A stretch of 64,000 bases of DNA, from positions 576,001 through 640,000 of the forward strand of contig JBMNEZ010000001.1 of assembly GCA_050949045.1 (NCBI GenBank). The letters run 5' to 3'. Below the pieces are notes generated by a model. The model was not told the origin of the DNA. It saw nothing but the letters and a program-made list of their open reading frames with translations, and did no database searches. The DNA comes from Candidatus Izemoplasmatales bacterium. Its GTDB lineage: Bacteria > Bacillota_I > Bacilli_A > Izemoplasmatales > Hujiaoplasmataceae. Positions 1 through 9,648 of the stretch are shown here, in pieces (position 1 is the first letter of the stretch; every line of letters starts with the position of its first letter). Both the position numbers and the translations under genes were made by a program.

Positions 1-932
1 ACCACATGCATTAAGCCGAAGATGGCTCCACTTAACAAGATTGCCCAGATTTTTCCGATTTTTCGCTCAAAAAAGCCACAAATAATTTTACGAAAAACAA
101 TTTCCTCGACGATTGGAGTGAAAACACAAAGCAGGAAAAACAGCATGACGAGTTGAAGCGGATCATCAATGAACATCCCTGCGATCGCCGATTCGTTCTC
201 AGATGAGGCTGTTACTCCAAGCACATATGCCATGAACATTTGCGATAGGACCGACGCCATCCAAACTAGGGAGAAACCCAAAAGCACTTCTTTCAAAGAT
301 TTTCCGAATTTTTTGAAGAACTCTTTGCCATCTATGAGAAAGGCGCGGCGATCGATAAAAATGAATAGAAGGCCGGCCATGGCAACCTGCAAGAAGCTGA
401 CAAACAAATAGAAAAATGGACTCTCGTCAAAGCCGTAGTCATAGTCTGAGGATACGAAATCGGTTTCAAATAGTGCGGTCTCATCAAAAGTGAAGGTTTC
501 CTGAGGACCGAGAGCGGTCTTTTCGATATAGTAGGTTCCCAACACTTTTTCGTTATCATCATAAAAAGTGTATTCGACATAAACGATCGGCAACAAGTAG
601 TTGTTCAAGTTTTTGATTGAACCCGTCATCCGATACTCGAAAGGAAAGTCATCATCAGTGCTCGGAGTTGTGATAACCGATATTTCCCCGACAATATCAA
701 GATTCCTGATGGTACCGGTTATGCCGTCATACTTGTTATTGAGAATGACGGTCGTGGTAATCGAGACAACCAAGGTCACAACGATGTAGAGCAAAAACAT
801 GGTTCTGTTTCGCTTGGCTTGCCTATTAACCTCATTTTTAACAGCGGAATTCCCCATCGGTTCTTGATTTTGTGTTGTCGACACGGTGTTTTTATTCTCG
901 TAGTCTTTGAAAAGGTCATCAAATTCGCCCAT
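1..932 (-). CDS. CPBP (Abi/CAAX) family intramembrane glutamic endopeptidase, 3' end runs off the window
   Basis: Manual translation from ATG at 932 (MGEFDDLFKDYENK...) with GGGGTG RBS; hydrophobic segments and the family motif PIVEEIVFRK near 90-120. Confidence 0.8.
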   Translation of the reverse strand, partial: MGEFDDLFKDYENKNTVSTTQNQEPMGNSAVKNEVNRQAKRNRTMFLLYIVVTLVVSITTTVILNNKYDGITGTIRNLDIVGEISVITTPSTDDDFPFEYRMTGSIKNLNNYLLPIVYVEYTFYDDNEKVLGTYYIEKTALGPQETFTFDETALFETDFVSSDYDYGFDESPFFYLFVSFLQVAMAGLLFIFIDRRAFLIDGKEFFKKFGKSLKEVLLGFSLVWMASVLSQMFMAYVLGVTASSENESAIAGMFIDDPLQLVMLFFLLCVFTPIVEEIVFRKIICGFFERKIGKIWAILLSGAIFGLMHV

Positions 933-1065
933 ACATACACCCCATTCAAAGAATATTATAACATTAAAGGACGAAATATGAATAATTTGTTATCTTGATA
1001 TCACTAAAGATTTGCGGATAGAACCGCATTAGATTGTAGATGATATTCTGAGAGGCTGTATTTTG

Positions 1066-1074
1066 TTATCCACA
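1066..1074 (+). promoter_or_regulatory. Single perfect DnaA-box 9-mer TTATCCACA in the divergent promoter region
   Basis: Exact consensus match; isolated, so function uncertain. Confidence 0.35.
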
Positions 1075-1132
1075 ATCGGGTTTTGTCTTTGCGGAGAGAA
1101 AAATTGTGTTATACTAATAACGGTGGTTAACT

Positions 1133-1732
1133 ATGAAGAAAATCGTCATCGCAACCAAAAATCCCGGCAAACTACTCGAATACAAAGCATTGCTTGAGCC
1201 CTTTGGTTACGAAGTCTACTCCCTTCTTGATTATGGACATCTCAAAGAGCCCAAAGAAAGAGGTAAAACCTTTCTTCATAATGCTATGCTTAAAGCAAAG
1301 AAAATCGCCAGAAAATGCCATCTACCGGTCATCGCAGACGATTCTGGGCTTGAAGTCAGGGCGCTTGGAGGCAAACCAGGAGTCAGGTCAAAACGGTTCT
1401 CAAAAGAACAGACAGATATCGCCAATAATCTCAAGTTACTAAAAATGATGATAAGACAAAGCGATCGACATGCCCGCTTCGTCTGTCAAATTGTCTATTA
1501 TGACCCAAACAGCGGGTATGAGTCTTTTGACGGAGTCGTTGATGGCGAGATAGCCTCGGATCTCATCTATGGGAATGGATTCGGCTACGATCCACTTTTC
1601 ATCGTATCTGGGTTGGGAATCAGAATGTCCGAACTGAAGATTGAGGAAAAAAACAAGATCAGCCATCGCGGTTTGGCATTTCAAAAACTAAAAGACAAAT
1701 TGGAGCGTTCCGATGAGATTCATAGTTTTTAG
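1133..1732 (+). CDS. rdgB: Non-canonical purine NTP pyrophosphatase (RdgB/HAM1)
   Basis: ATKNPGK, ADDSGLEV, GFGYDPLF and KNKISHRG motifs. Confidence 0.95.
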   Translation: MKKIVIATKNPGKLLEYKALLEPFGYEVYSLLDYGHLKEPKERGKTFLHNAMLKAKKIARKCHLPVIADDSGLEVRALGGKPGVRSKRFSKEQTDIANNLKLLKMMIRQSDRHARFVCQIVYYDPNSGYESFDGVVDGEIASDLIYGNGFGYDPLFIVSGLGIRMSELKIEEKNKISHRGLAFQKLKDKLERSDEIHSF

Positions 1733-2234
1733 TGACAATCACCGAAACCGTGAATATCTTAAAAAAATGCTGACTGACAACCCGGATATCAAGACCGTGA
1801 TTTCGCTGGGGGACTCGGAAATGAATGAAGCCGAGCTGACATCGATGGGAATCTTTGGAGTAAAGGGCAACTATCCTTTCGATCCCCGCTTTCCTCTCGA
1901 ACTCATTTTAGAGTTCGAGGGATTTCGCTTCTTGTTTGTCCATGGACACCTTTTCAATGTCAAAAACACCTTGTCACAGTTGAAAGAAAAGGCGAGCAGT
2001 GTCAACGCCGATGTCGTTTTCTATGGTCATACACATGCTTCTAGAATCCATGAAGATCACGATCTTGTCTTTATCAATCCGGGTGCACTCGGAACACCAT
2101 ATGGCGCCTATTTGCCATCATACGCAATCGTCGAGGCGAACGATTCTTGCCTGCGTGTCAAGATCATCTCTGCTATCGACAATGCGGTCGTTAACGATAT
2201 CAAAAGAACGAAGACACCTAGGAGGGAAAGATGA
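1713..2234 (+). CDS. YfcE/YsnB-family metallophosphoesterase
   Basis: SDNH, LGD, VKGN, HGH, GHTH, NPG motifs; typical neighbour of rdgB. Confidence 0.9.
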   Translation: MRFIVFSDNHRNREYLKKMLTDNPDIKTVISLGDSEMNEAELTSMGIFGVKGNYPFDPRFPLELILEFEGFRFLFVHGHLFNVKNTLSQLKEKASSVNADVVFYGHTHASRIHEDHDLVFINPGALGTPYGAYLPSYAIVEANDSCLRVKIISAIDNAVVNDIKRTKTPRRER

Positions 2235-5173
2235 GCCTCGAGGAACTCTATCAAGAGTACGCTGCCATCGATTTCAGTGAGGATCGACTGGACAAACTTC
2301 AACAGCTTCTCGATGCCTCACTTGAGGCGAATGAACAGAATATCTACCAAAAGACTGTGATCTTGATCGCTTCTTTGCATGAGAACGCGGGGGAACTTGA
2401 AAAAGCGATCATCACTCTCAATTCAGCGCTTCAAAGAGAGATAAACCTTGAACCCAAACTTTTGCTCGGGATTACCGACAAATTGATCGGTTTGTTATTG
2501 AGAACCGAGGATTTTTTTGAACTCAAGAAAGTTCTTGATTATCGAGGTGACTTTCTCGAATTTGACAAACAGGCAAAAGTCATGCAAAAGTTCTATCTGG
2601 CGGTTGTCTTCGAGGGGCTCGGTGAGAACCGCCAGGCAATCGATACCCTGCTAGCAATTGAAGACACGCTTTCAAAGAGCAACCAGGTCAGCAAATATCT
2701 GAAACTGTCAATGCTTTTCTTGAGGGAAAAAAAGATTGCGGAGGCTAAGCATTACTACAACTACGCTGCGAGATTCGATCCTGAACGTCGCAATCCGATC
2801 TTCGATCTCGTAAGTTCCGATATCCTTGCCTATGAAGAAAACTATACCGAGGCCTTGGCTCGATATCAAGACTACTTTTTGAAGAGTAAAAGCAAAACCA
2901 AGTACCTTGACCGCTACATCTTGTTGATGCTTAAATTGAGAAACTACAAAGAAGCAAAGAAATATTATCTCGAATACCTACCACAAGTTGATAAGCTTGT
3001 TTCCAAATATGCAAGAGCGACCTTCTATCAGGCAGCGGAGAAACTCGCGATTGAACTCAATGATCACGCCGAATGCGCGATTCTAAGAGAAAAACTCAAC
3101 AACTTGAAGCGCCCGCCTTCTATTGAAATCGACCAATACGCCGGTTTGCTTGAGTTACTGAGACAAACAGATATCGGCAAACCTCTGTCACTCAAGCGCG
3201 ATGCGCTTCTTGATGTCATCAGGGCGCTTGCGCCCCTGATCAACGCCAAGAGACTGTTTTTTGTTTTCGTTTCTGACCAGGGATTCACGGTCATGACCCA
3301 CGCCAAGGGACTTTTGTTGGAAAAAACCTACCCCTATGTAGTTTTGGAAAAAACGATCATTGACGTTATCATGACCGAAAATTCTTCCGAGATCATCTAT
3401 TCACATGAAGCGCTTCACCAACTGACGGATTATCTGGAAAATAGCGATATCAATGACTGCGAATATCTCATTGCGATCAAAACTAATCAGGATCTCTATC
3501 CCAAAGGCTTCATCTGTGCGCTGTTGCCCGCCGAAGCCCCGTTCCAAAGATCAAGAAGGTTGATGGTTGCCGCTGCACTTCTAATCGAGCAGAAGTTGCT
3601 TCAAACAAAACATTTTGCAATGATTTTTGCCGACCTTAAGTCGATGACCAATGTCGTAGACACTCTCGGCCTTGGAATCATCGAGATCGAGAGAAGAAAT
3701 GTATTCTGCAGAAATAAGATTGCCGAAGCGATGTTTGACTGCCAAACCGGAGTTGTCTCTTTTGAACAGTTCCAGGCTGGCATCATTTCGAAGAAGAAGC
3801 TTTATCTTGACGATTTTTCGACCAAATCGACGCTGGAGTTCGCCTATCTATCCAGTGACAAGGAGATCCACAATTATCGGGTTCGGCTTGATGTGAACGG
3901 TCTGGTGATTCGGGGAATCATCGAAGACATCACCATCAAAAAACAGAAACAAGCAAGCGAGAATGATTTTCTTTACAGACCTGATGTCTACGGCAATAAG
4001 CGCCTACACTTGTTCGAACTCGATTATCCAGCCTTACAGAACAACCATGCAATCATGGTTGTGGTTGCTTCCGGCGCTTTCGATAAGATCACTCTCCATG
4101 ATAACAGTCAGGTACAAGCGTTTGGCAAGGAGATCATCGCTTCTGCCAGACACACTGCCAAGGGCTATCTCCATGGTATCTACACCATCGCTACCAACAG
4201 TTTTGCGATTGTGCTCAAAACAACGGATAAGAGAATTCTCGATCGAATCGCTGGATACATCAGAAATCAAGCGAAAACTACGACAACCATTGCCTATCCG
4301 CCTGAAATACGATTTGGAGTTCTGCTAAACGGAAAAAAACCGGAATTTAATTTGATCGAGAAATCATTGCTGGAGCTAGCCAACTACCATTATCTCCCGG
4401 AAGAAGGCGTCTTCTATCTGCGCAAGGACCACCATGTTGAAACCGAGTTAATCCACAGCGCGGCCGTCCATCTTCGACAAACAATCGAAGCCAAGACTGT
4501 CGTGCTTGAGTATCATCCGATCGTCAACTGGAAAAAGGGGGAAGCAGCCCTATTTGAAGTGATGTTCTCCCTGACCCAGTCATTTACCGATCACAAGGTC
4601 CTTTGGGAGGCGGCGATTAGAGGCAACCTTGTCCGCCAACTTCACCAAGAATTGATCCGCACCCTCGCTAAAGACTTGCGCACCCTAGTAAATCGCAAAA
4701 CTCGTGCCATTTGTCTTTATCCGTTAAGCATTAAGGATCAAGGGAATGCCGAACTTCTGAGAATAATCATCCAGGAAATCAAAAAACAACGGATTGCCCT
4801 GAAACAGGTATGGTTGGTACTTGATTACGACTATTCCAACTTGGAATTCACACGCAAAGCTTGTGAGATAATCCGTGAAGAAGGTCTGACGCTTGCTCTT
4901 AGGGGTTTTATCACCTATGTCAACTCAACTGATTGCGAATGGCTGCGAAATTTCCAACTTGCCTTTATCTCCAAGCACGAACTTGACCAAATTCCCGAGT
5001 ATTCGCTGGACCTCTTTCACGGCTGTTTCGCCGATGGTTATGTCTATGAACACGAAGGGGCGACGATCAGGAAGACCGAGCTCGAAAGAGGCAAGTTCAG
5101 GTTTGTCGAAGGGGAAGCCTACCCTTCCTCCAAGAGCATTGAGGATTTACTTAAAAATTACGAGAGAAACTGA
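2231..5173 (+). CDS. Large TPR-repeat protein with probable sensory region and degenerate GGDEF/EAL-like C-terminus
   Basis: 980-aa ORF with ATGA overlap; helical TPR-like N-terminus; IYTIATNSFAIVL at the GGDEF position; LEYHPIVNWKKGEAALFEVM resembles the start of an EAL domain. Confidence 0.65.
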   Translation: MSLEELYQEYAAIDFSEDRLDKLQQLLDASLEANEQNIYQKTVILIASLHENAGELEKAIITLNSALQREINLEPKLLLGITDKLIGLLLRTEDFFELKKVLDYRGDFLEFDKQAKVMQKFYLAVVFEGLGENRQAIDTLLAIEDTLSKSNQVSKYLKLSMLFLREKKIAEAKHYYNYAARFDPERRNPIFDLVSSDILAYEENYTEALARYQDYFLKSKSKTKYLDRYILLMLKLRNYKEAKKYYLEYLPQVDKLVSKYARATFYQAAEKLAIELNDHAECAILREKLNNLKRPPSIEIDQYAGLLELLRQTDIGKPLSLKRDALLDVIRALAPLINAKRLFFVFVSDQGFTVMTHAKGLLLEKTYPYVVLEKTIIDVIMTENSSEIIYSHEALHQLTDYLENSDINDCEYLIAIKTNQDLYPKGFICALLPAEAPFQRSRRLMVAAALLIEQKLLQTKHFAMIFADLKSMTNVVDTLGLGIIEIERRNVFCRNKIAEAMFDCQTGVVSFEQFQAGIISKKKLYLDDFSTKSTLEFAYLSSDKEIHNYRVRLDVNGLVIRGIIEDITIKKQKQASENDFLYRPDVYGNKRLHLFELDYPALQNNHAIMVVVASGAFDKITLHDNSQVQAFGKEIIASARHTAKGYLHGIYTIATNSFAIVLKTTDKRILDRIAGYIRNQAKTTTTIAYPPEIRFGVLLNGKKPEFNLIEKSLLELANYHYLPEEGVFYLRKDHHVETELIHSAAVHLRQTIEAKTVVLEYHPIVNWKKGEAALFEVMFSLTQSFTDHKVLWEAAIRGNLVRQLHQELIRTLAKDLRTLVNRKTRAICLYPLSIKDQGNAELLRIIIQEIKKQRIALKQVWLVLDYDYSNLEFTRKACEIIREEGLTLALRGFITYVNSTDCEWLRNFQLAFISKHELDQIPEYSLDLFHGCFADGYVYEHEGATIRKTELERGKFRFVEGEAYPSSKSIEDLLKNYERN

Positions 5174-5218
5174 CTTTGGTTTGTGCTGTTTGCATGTAAT
5201 TAATCGTCATTGATTCTC

Positions 5219-5246
5219 TTGACATATTTCAGGTTTTATATATAAT
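5219..5246 (+). promoter_or_regulatory. SigA-type promoter of potABCD
   Basis: TTGACA-16 nt-TATAAT. Confidence 0.65.
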
Positions 5247-5335
5247 ATAAATGCGTTTGTTTATTTTGATTTAACACACGGTTTGGATATGATTAACCTC
5301 CTGTGTCTGTCAAAACAAATATGCGCATTTATTTT
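5247..5335 (+). other. Long imperfect hairpin in the potA leader (candidate cis-regulatory RNA or sRNA)
   Basis: ATAAATGCGTTTGTTTATTTTGAT...ACACA.GGTT pairs with AACC...TGTGT...GTCAAAACAAATATGCGCATTTAT; followed by T run; contains CCTCCT. Confidence 0.5.
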
Positions 5336-5393
5336 ATCTACTGTTTAGTTGAAATAAAGGTTTCTGACACTACACTTTCCGAGGTGACTGTCC

Positions 5394-6437
5394 GTGGGCA
5401 AAAAGCTGATTGAACTCAAGAATATCACGAAAAGCTTTGGAGATCTTGTGGTTCTCGATGATTTCAACTTCTATATCAACGAGAACGAATTCATCACTCT
5501 GCTCGGCCCCTCCGGATGCGGCAAGACGACTTGCCTTAGGCTGATCGGCGGCTTTGAAACCCCTGATTCCGGTGAGATCGTCTTTGATGGAAAAGTCATC
5601 AACGATTTAGAACCTAACCAACGCGAGATCAATACCTGTTTTCAGAAATATGCCCTGTTTCCGCATCTGGATGTCTACGGTAACATTGCCTTTGGCTTGA
5701 AACTGAAACGGTTGCCGAAAAGGGAGATCAGAGACCGGGTCATGGCCACGCTCAAGCTCGTCAAACTAGAGGGATATGAAAACCGTTCGATTGCGACTTT
5801 GTCTGGTGGCCAGCAACAGCGGGTGGCGATTGCAAGAGCAATAGTCAACCAGCCAAAAGTCCTTTTGCTTGACGAACCTCTTGGAGCCCTCGATCTCAAA
5901 CTGCGACAGGAGATGCAGTATGAACTAAAGGAGATGCAAAGAACTCTCGGCATCACTTTTGTCTATGTTACCCATGATCAAGAAGAAGCCTTGACGATGT
6001 CGGATACGATCGTCATCATGAACGAAGGGAAGATCCTACAGATCGGTACGCCGGAAGATATCTACAACGAGCCGAAAAGCCGGTTTGTAGCCGAATTTAT
6101 CGGTGAATCGAACATTTTCGACGGCGTGATGATCGAAGACTACCTTGTCGAGTTTTGCGGACGTAAATTCCCATGCGTTGACAAAGGCTTTCTTGAAGGC
6201 GAGAAAGTCGACGTCGTCATCCGTCCTGAGGATTTCGACTTTGTGCCCCCATCGAAGGCAAAAATCGTCGGTTTCGTCGACTCATTGATATTCAAGGGTG
6301 TCCATTATGAAATCAATGTCATGGTTTCAGGACACGAATATACGATTCACACGACCAAATACCGCAATGTCGGCGACAAGATCGGTCTTGCCGTCGAACC
6401 GCAGAATATTCATGTAATGAGAAAGAGCAGCCTATGA
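5394..6437 (+). CDS. potA: Spermidine/putrescine ABC transporter ATP-binding protein
   Basis: [36 protein letters not shown] start after GAGGTG. Confidence 0.95.
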   Translation: MGKKLIELKNITKSFGDLVVLDDFNFYINENEFITLLGPSGCGKTTCLRLIGGFETPDSGEIVFDGKVINDLEPNQREINTCFQKYALFPHLDVYGNIAFGLKLKRLPKREIRDRVMATLKLVKLEGYENRSIATLSGGQQQRVAIARAIVNQPKVLLLDEPLGALDLKLRQEMQYELKEMQRTLGITFVYVTHDQEEALTMSDTIVIMNEGKILQIGTPEDIYNEPKSRFVAEFIGESNIFDGVMIEDYLVEFCGRKFPCVDKGFLEGEKVDVVIRPEDFDFVPPSKAKIVGFVDSLIFKGVHYEINVMVSGHEYTIHTTKYRNVGDKIGLAVEPQNIHVMRKSSL

Positions 6438-7270
6438 AACGGTTGAGGCTGTTTTCCTATCCCTATTGGGGATGGATGGCCGTTCTAATCCTCGTTCCGA
6501 CCCTGATTCTGGTTGTCCTCGCTTTCTCCGATTTGTCGGTTTACGATCCGGCTCCTTTCAACTTCACGCTCGATCATTTTCGAATCTTTTCCCAAAGTTA
6601 CCTGACCAAAGCGCTTGTCAACTCACTTGTTCTTTCTTTGATCACAACTGTTATCTGCTTTTTGATCGGCTATCCGGTCGCGTTCTTTCTCAGCAGATTG
6701 CCTGAGAAGACCCGTAAAATATGGCTGGCTTTGTTGATTGTGCCGCTCTGGGCAAATATGCTTCTCAGGATCTTCGCCTGGGAGAAGATCTTCACTCCCG
6801 ATTCGATCTTCGCGGATATTTTTCATATCAACATTGACCTTTTGGGAACAAAGATAGGAGTCGTCATCGGCATGGTTGGGATGTACCTGCCATTCATGAT
6901 TTTCCCGCTTTTCTCGGTGCTCGAAAAGATGGACCCAAGTCTCTTCGAAGCCGCCAAAGACTTGGGAGCGAATGATCTTGAAGTCTTTTTCCGTGTTATT
7001 TTTCCGCTTTCTCTTGGCGGTGTCGTATCGGGAGTGATTATGACGATGTTGCCGGCGATGACCTCCTTTGTGTTGCCGGCTAGGATCGGCCTTGGCCGGA
7101 TCAATCTCATCGGCAACATCATCGAGTCCAAGTTTATGAAAGAAGTCATGGGGTCGGGTAGTTTAAGCATCAACATCGGCAGCCTGATCTCGCTGATCTT
7201 GATGATCTTATCGATCGTTTCGTTTATCATCATCACCCGTTTTGACAAGGAAGGGGAGACCCTCATATGA
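6434..7270 (+). CDS. potB: Spermidine/putrescine ABC transporter permease
   Basis: Multiple TM segments; [11 protein letters not shown] loop; operon position. Confidence 0.9.
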   Translation: MKRLRLFSYPYWGWMAVLILVPTLILVVLAFSDLSVYDPAPFNFTLDHFRIFSQSYLTKALVNSLVLSLITTVICFLIGYPVAFFLSRLPEKTRKIWLALLIVPLWANMLLRIFAWEKIFTPDSIFADIFHINIDLLGTKIGVVIGMVGMYLPFMIFPLFSVLEKMDPSLFEAAKDLGANDLEVFFRVIFPLSLGGVVSGVIMTMLPAMTSFVLPARIGLGRINLIGNIIESKFMKEVMGSGSLSINIGSLISLILMILSIVSFIIITRFDKEGETLI

Positions 7271-8082
7271 AGAAACGGCGTATAATACAAGGCGTTCTCA
7301 AAGCCTTTTGCGGTATATTGACCGGAATCACCTTCGTAGCCTTGTATCTCCCGATCATCATGATCCTGATCCTTTCCGTTAACGATTCCACTCGTGGCTA
7401 CGGGTGGGAAGGATTTACCCTAAAGTGGTATGGACGGCTCTTCACGGATGATGTGATGCGCGAACCAATCGTAAATACCGTCTCAATCGCGATCCTTTCA
7501 ACGATCATCGCTACGATCCTTGGCACCGCCTTCGCGATCGGCATCCATTCGCTCCAGAAGAAGAACCGGATTCGGATGATGATCTTGAACAATATTCCCA
7601 TCGTCAATCCGGACATTGTCACAGGCATCTCGCTGATGATAATTTTTTCCATTCTATCGTTCACACTTGGCTTCGGCACGGTCCTAATAGCCCATATCTT
7701 TTTCTCAATTCCCTATGTTGTCCTGAACGTCATTCCCAAACTTAAGCGACTCGATCCAAACCTGTACGAGGCAGCACTTGATCTTGGGTGCACCCGTTTC
7801 GGCGGGGTTTGGAGAGTTATTCTGCCGAATATCAGCACCGGCATCTTGACAGGATCTCTGATTGCTTTCACGATGTCAATCGATGATTTTGTGATCACCT
7901 ATTTCACTTCTGGTAACGAATACATGAACGTTTCTACTTGGCTATATGCCAGTTTGGCTAGGGAAGGAAGATCAAGCCTGACCCCGGTTGCCTATGCTTA
8001 TAACACGATCATATTTGTGATGACGATTGCCATCATCATCTTTGTCAATCTCAAAAAGGAAAGGAAGGAAAAAACCGCATGA
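7267..8082 (+). CDS. potC: Spermidine/putrescine ABC transporter permease
   Basis: GFTLKWY, EAALDLG, FTMSIDDF motifs. Confidence 0.92.
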   Translation: MKKRRIIQGVLKAFCGILTGITFVALYLPIIMILILSVNDSTRGYGWEGFTLKWYGRLFTDDVMREPIVNTVSIAILSTIIATILGTAFAIGIHSLQKKNRIRMMILNNIPIVNPDIVTGISLMIIFSILSFTLGFGTVLIAHIFFSIPYVVLNVIPKLKRLDPNLYEAALDLGCTRFGGVWRVILPNISTGILTGSLIAFTMSIDDFVITYFTSGNEYMNVSTWLYASLAREGRSSLTPVAYAYNTIIFVMTIAIIIFVNLKKERKEKTA

Positions 8083-9155
8083 AAAAGCTTATAACCATCA
8101 TCGCAACACTGTTTCTTGTTGTTTCTATCTACGGTTGTCAGTCTCGGGAAAGGATATACGTGCTCAATTGGGGCGATTATCTTGACGAGTCGCTGATCAA
8201 GGATTTTGAGAAGGAATTTAATGTCCGCGTGAAGTACAAGACGGTCGGCTCCAACGAAGAGATGGCCTCCCTGCTCAAAGCCAAGAATGCCGTCTATGAC
8301 TTGGTGTTTCCGTCAGACTACATGATTGACAAATTCGTCGAAGACGATTTGATCCAAACCATTGATTTTTCACTATTGCCCAACCACGAAACCTTGTCGC
8401 TCAACCAGACACTGGCGGGCCTTTACGAAGGTTATGGCATCAGCGATTATGTTGTCCCCTATGCCTGGGGAACAATCGGCATCATGTATCGCACCGATAA
8501 ACCCGGACTAAAGGAATTGTTGGAAACGAAAGAGTGGGCCGTTTTGTTTGAGTATGGCGACACTTACCGAACCGGAATGTACGATTCCCCTCGAGATGCA
8601 GTTGCCGCGGCGCTCCTCTACCTCGGCTACTCGGTCAATTCCGAAAATGAGGGTGAACTGGCTGAAGCAGAAGTGGCACTGAAGAATGCTGGCTTCTATG
8701 CCTGGGGCGAAGACAACCTCAAAGGCAGAGTCATCGCCAATACGCTTGATTTAGCGCTCGTCTATTCGGGCGACTATTTCTCTGAATATTATTCAGCCGT
8801 CGAGGACGAACGAGAGATTAACTTCGGATTCTATGTGCCGAATGCGACCAACGTTTGGATGGATGGCATGGTGATTCCCAAAATTGCGAGGAATGTTCCT
8901 CTGGCTCACAAGTTCATCGATTTCCTCCTGCGGGAGGATATCGCCTTGGCCAACTACCAGTATATCGGCTATGCCCCGCCATATGATTTGATTTATGACG
9001 AGATTTATGCTGAGATCGAGACCGATTTTGGCGGACTCGCCGCAAATTTCGATCCCTACCCCGAAGGGTCAATCCGAGAAATGTACGTCTACGGTTCCAA
9101 TGAACGCTCGAAAAGCATTGTCGATATCTTGCAACGGGCAAAAGCTTCCAGTTAA
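8079..9155 (+). CDS. potD: Polyamine-binding lipoprotein
   Basis: Lipobox IYGC; NWGDY, PSDYM, PYAWGTIG, NVWMDGMVIP. Confidence 0.92.
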   Translation: MKKLITIIATLFLVVSIYGCQSRERIYVLNWGDYLDESLIKDFEKEFNVRVKYKTVGSNEEMASLLKAKNAVYDLVFPSDYMIDKFVEDDLIQTIDFSLLPNHETLSLNQTLAGLYEGYGISDYVVPYAWGTIGIMYRTDKPGLKELLETKEWAVLFEYGDTYRTGMYDSPRDAVAAALLYLGYSVNSENEGELAEAEVALKNAGFYAWGEDNLKGRVIANTLDLALVYSGDYFSEYYSAVEDEREINFGFYVPNATNVWMDGMVIPKIARNVPLAHKFIDFLLREDIALANYQYIGYAPPYDLIYDEIYAEIETDFGGLAANFDPYPEGSIREMYVYGSNERSKSIVDILQRAKASS

Positions 9156-9156
9156 G

Positions 9157-9183
9157 AAAATACGCCACGAGGCGTATTTTTTT
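9157..9183 (+). terminator. Intrinsic terminator after potD
   Basis: AAAATACGCC-ACGA-GGCGTATTTTTTT. Confidence 0.85.
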
Positions 9184-9260
9184 CAAGAGCGAATCCACTT
9201 TATCTTTTGAATCCTGTATGCTAGAATATGAGGGAACAAGATAATCTCGAAGGAGCGCCT

Positions 9261-9638
9261 ATGAGAGTAGCAGACAAGCGAAAACTACGCGAGGATGTTG
9301 TGACACTGCTCTATTTGACAAGCATGGGGGGCAGTTTCCTAAGAACTGAATACTCAGATTTAGTGGTTACCCGTCTCGATGAGGTCAATGAGCATCTTGA
9401 TGTTCTTGACAAGATCATAGCAGACAAACTAGAAAATTGGACGATTGACCGCTTGAACTATGTCGATAAAGCCATCATCCGCTACGCTGTCTATGAGATG
9501 AAGTATCTCATGCTTCCGCCTGAGATAGTCATCAACGAGGCATTGGAACTGACAAAGAAATACAGCAACCTCGACGACGACAACGCCAAAAGTTTCAACA
9601 ACCGCCTACTTCAGAATATCAAGGATTCCCTCGAATAG
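9261..9638 (+). CDS. nusB: Transcription antitermination factor NusB
   Basis: WTIDRLNYVDKAIIRYAVYEM, VINEALELTKKY; AGGAG RBS favours ATG 9261. Confidence 0.92.
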   Translation: MRVADKRKLREDVVTLLYLTSMGGSFLRTEYSDLVVTRLDEVNEHLDVLDKIIADKLENWTIDRLNYVDKAIIRYAVYEMKYLMLPPEIVINEALELTKKYSNLDDDNAKSFNNRLLQNIKDSLE

Positions 9639-9648
9639 GAAGGAAGCA

